Position numbers and translations under genes: made by a program. DNA of 64,000 bases from Anthoceros angustus (Eukaryota; Plantae; Anthocerotophyta). The stretch is taken from positions 124,001 through 188,000 of the forward strand of contig MU008172.1 in assembly GCA_010909165.1 (NCBI GenBank), given 5' to 3'. This document shows positions 61,217 to 64,000 of this stretch, piece after piece (positions within the stretch are counted from its first letter, which is position 1; every line of letters starts with the position of its first letter). The notes beneath the pieces were generated by a model. It worked only from the letters and a program-made list of their open reading frames with translations. It made no database searches and was not told the origin of the DNA.

Positions 61217-64000
61217 CCCACGATGTCTAAGAACTTGCTGTCGATTAGAGCTGTAGCTCAGAATCAGCATTTAGCTTTTCGCTTTGAGGATAGAAAGTGC
61301 TATCTGTATTACCCTTCTGATCCTGACACATATGTGGCGAAAGCAGTCCTTGTTAACGACTTGTACCAGTTAGTCACAACAGCAAAAGTTCATGCTAGGG
61401 CACTTACGTCTACGCACCATGCTCAGGCTAACCTTTGGCATGCTAGACTGGGACACGTCAACAAGGCAAAGCTGGATTTTATGTCTACCTCTGATTGCTA
61501 TAGAGAAAGGCTCCCGTCTTGTTTTAAACATCTTGCTCCCTGCAGTTCTTGCATTCTGTCAAAACAGAAGGAGCTCCCGTTTAAGAACAAGAATCCAACA
61601 CATGCTAGATCAGTACTGGAGCTAATCCATGCAGATATTGCTGGCAAATTACCTGTGAAGTCACTTGGCGGTGCTGAGTATTATCTTACCCTCACCGATG
61701 ACTACTCGAGGTATACGTGGACGTTCCCTCTGAAATTGAAGAGTGAAGTCTTCGACACAATTGCTGCCTAGATCCCTATGGTGCAACGTCAAATAGGCTG
61801 CCTAGTCAAGTGTTTCAGAACTGACAATGGAGGGGAGTTCACAGGCCACAAGTATGATAATCTGTTTGAACAGTTTGGTATTGTAAGACAACTCTCTGTT
61901 CCCTATACTCAACAGCAGAATGGTGTGGCTGAGAGGAAAAACCAGACACTTATGGGCATGACCAGGAGCATGTTGTCGTGGGCTGGTATATCAAAACAGT
62001 TCTGGGCAGAGGCAATAGTGACTGCTACCTACATTCTCAACAGAGTGGTTACCTCTGCTTTGCCTGGATGGACTCCCTATGAGGCCTTTTGGGGCAGAAA
62101 ACCCAGTCTGTTACACTTGCGAGTCTTTGGATCACCTGCTTTCGCGTATGTTCCAGAAGCAAAACGCAACAAGTTAGATAACAGGTCTGTCCCTCTTATT
62201 TTCCTAGGCTACTCTGAGGAATCAAAGGCCTATAAACTTTATGATAAAGTCACTTCAAAGATTGTTCTTGCTAGGAGCGTGATTGTTAGTGAACTTACCC
62301 AATCTCGAGAACTCCCTGAGCATGACCTTCTAGATAGGCAGACCTCAGATCCCACTTCAGCTACTCCTTCTGAAGCTGAAACATCAGGAACCCCAGTTTT
62401 TGAAATTGCACCTCATCAATATCCTCAGTCAGATGGGGAAGGACCTACTGCAGAAGATCTGGATGCAGCTGACGAGCAGCATCTGGATGGAGTTGCCCAG
62501 CAACCTGAGGACGATCCTCCACCAGCAGCTGATGATGAGATACCTCCTGCACATGCTGTGGGGGAATTTGCAGAGGATCAGGCTTCCTTACATGAATTCG
62601 AAGATGTGATCTCTCTGTCTAGTGTTGAAGATGATGCACGATCTGCTCTTTCTGAGGAGCCTGAGCCTGGACCACAACCAGCACCACCTGTGGATCAACA
62701 ACCTCGTTATAATTTCAGGGAACGGAGATCTCGAGATCAGTGGTTTGAACCCCCCTACCAATCTTTGGATTTTCGTAGGCCCTCTGTTCAGGTTTCTGAT
62801 CTTCATGTACCCGATGTCAGACCTGACCCACAGTCATATGATGAGGCTGTTAACGGACCTGATGGTGACAAATGGAGAATCTCCATCGAGGATGAGTATC
62901 AATCTCTTATCAGAAACGGCACATGGGAGCTAGTTGATCTTCCACCTGGCAGAAAACCAATCAGTTGTAAATGGGTCTTTAAAACAAAACTTAAGGCTGA
63001 TGGTACAGTAGCCAGGTATAAGTCCAGACTAGTTGCTCGAGGCTTCAGTCAGATTCCAGGCATAGACTACGGGGACACCTTCTCACCTGTTGTCAAACCA
63101 CCCTCTGTTCGCATTCTCCTTGCTTTGGCAGCCGAGTTTGACTTGGAAGTCCAGCAAATGGATGTTTGTACTGCATTTCTCCATGGTGAGCTTGAAGAGA
63201 TGCTGTACATGGAACAACCTGAGGGGTATATCGATAAAAAATGGGTTAAAAAGGTCTGCAAGTTACTTAAGACTATCTATGGCCTTAAACAGTCCCCTAG
63301 AGCCTGGTACAAGAGAATAATGAAGTACCTTAAGAAGCTAGGGTTTCTTCAGTCTCCTACTGACAGCAATGTCTTTCTTCTCGTTGTTGGAGCACTCTTT
63401 GTTATCTTGGCACTCTATGTGGACGACTGTGTCCTGCTTAGTAATAGCACAGAACAGTTAGCCAAGGTTAAAGACATGCTTCGACAAGAATTTGAAATGA
63501 CTGATCAAGGGGATTTGCAGTTTTGCTTGGGTATACAAATCCTTCGCAACAGGTCAACTGGCACTATTACCTTACATCAGACGAAATACCTTAAGGAGAT
63601 TTTGAAGCGGTTTCATCTTCAGGATGCTCGCCCTATAGCCACTCCCTCGGCAGTAGGGGAAAAGCTGATCTCTGCACAGTCTCCACAAACACAGCGTGAG
63701 ATTGAAGACATGAGCACTGTACCTTATGCCGAGGCAGTGGGCTGTCTGATCTTCCTTGCAAACTGGACTCGCCCCGATATTAGTTATTCAGTGAGCATGG
63801 CGTCCCAGTTTCTCCGACAACCTGGCAGGGCACACTGGGCTGCCGTTAAAAGGATTTATCGGTACCTCAAAGGCACCATCAACTATGGGCTGCAATATTC
63901 CGCCAGTGGGAATAGCTGTATGGTACTTACCTCCTTCGCAGACGCCGACTGGGCTTCTGACGCCGACACCAGAAAGAGTCTCTCGGCTTACTGTTTTCTG
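61217..64000 (+). mobile_element. Young Ty1/Copia pol (GAG-pre-integrase, integrase, RT, start of RNase H), running off the window
   Basis: LWHARLGH, CSSCILSKQ, LELIHADIAG, DDYSRYTW, RTDNGGEF, QNGVAERKN, HLRVFGS, YKSRLVARGFSQ, QMDVCTAFLHG, GLKQSPRAW, LYVDD, DADWASD. Only one stop was found (TAG at 61769-61771). Confidence 0.95.

Larger units (their letters stand above)
51963..61217 (+). mobile_element. Ty3/Gypsy retrotransposon with gag, protease, C5 DNA methyltransferase and RT (degraded, interrupted)
   Basis: Candidate LTR TGTTA...TAACA (51963-52746) followed by TGG. Gag with LLEDFIEKCRR; protease VLIDTG (54506). DNMT motifs VELFGGI (55192), WECQG (60105), YMLENV (60221), FGSRAHRLR..WTNL (60316), ERELAMGF (60601) and LLGQAFD (60668). 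RT start RCQELLKLGLIR and KKDENGLWTERRMCGDYRPLN. Confidence 0.88.

Overview
This is eukaryotic land-plant nuclear DNA, with short GT-AG introns (71-163 nt), GC-rich exons and closely spaced genes. A compact non-seed plant such as Selaginella is my inference, not something the sequence proves. Bases 1 to about 27 kb are genic. They hold an intact plastid ATP sulfurylase, a CYP71-clan P450, a plastid LEA protein, an unassigned secreted Pro/Cys-rich protein and a PP2C with one frameshift. They also hold pseudogenes of an ABCB transporter, a bacterial-looking group II PLP decarboxylase (tandem copies), a germin-like protein and tRNA-Glu. Bases from about 27.4 kb to 64 kb are a nest of transposons. 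It includes a LINE apparently inserted in a tRNA-Glu gene, a TSD-flanked Copia element with non-canonical TA...TA LTR ends, and further Copia and Gypsy pieces. The most notable element is a Ty3/Gypsy retrotransposon with a C5 cytosine DNA methyltransferase domain between protease and RT. That domain is split by a CACTA transposon, and a PHD-finger-bearing Gypsy 3' end lies next to it. Much of the repeat half is indel-ridden, and duplicated blocks join at short microhomologies, so some duplications and frameshifts may be assembly artefacts. All family assignments come from motif recognition by eye; no database searches were run.
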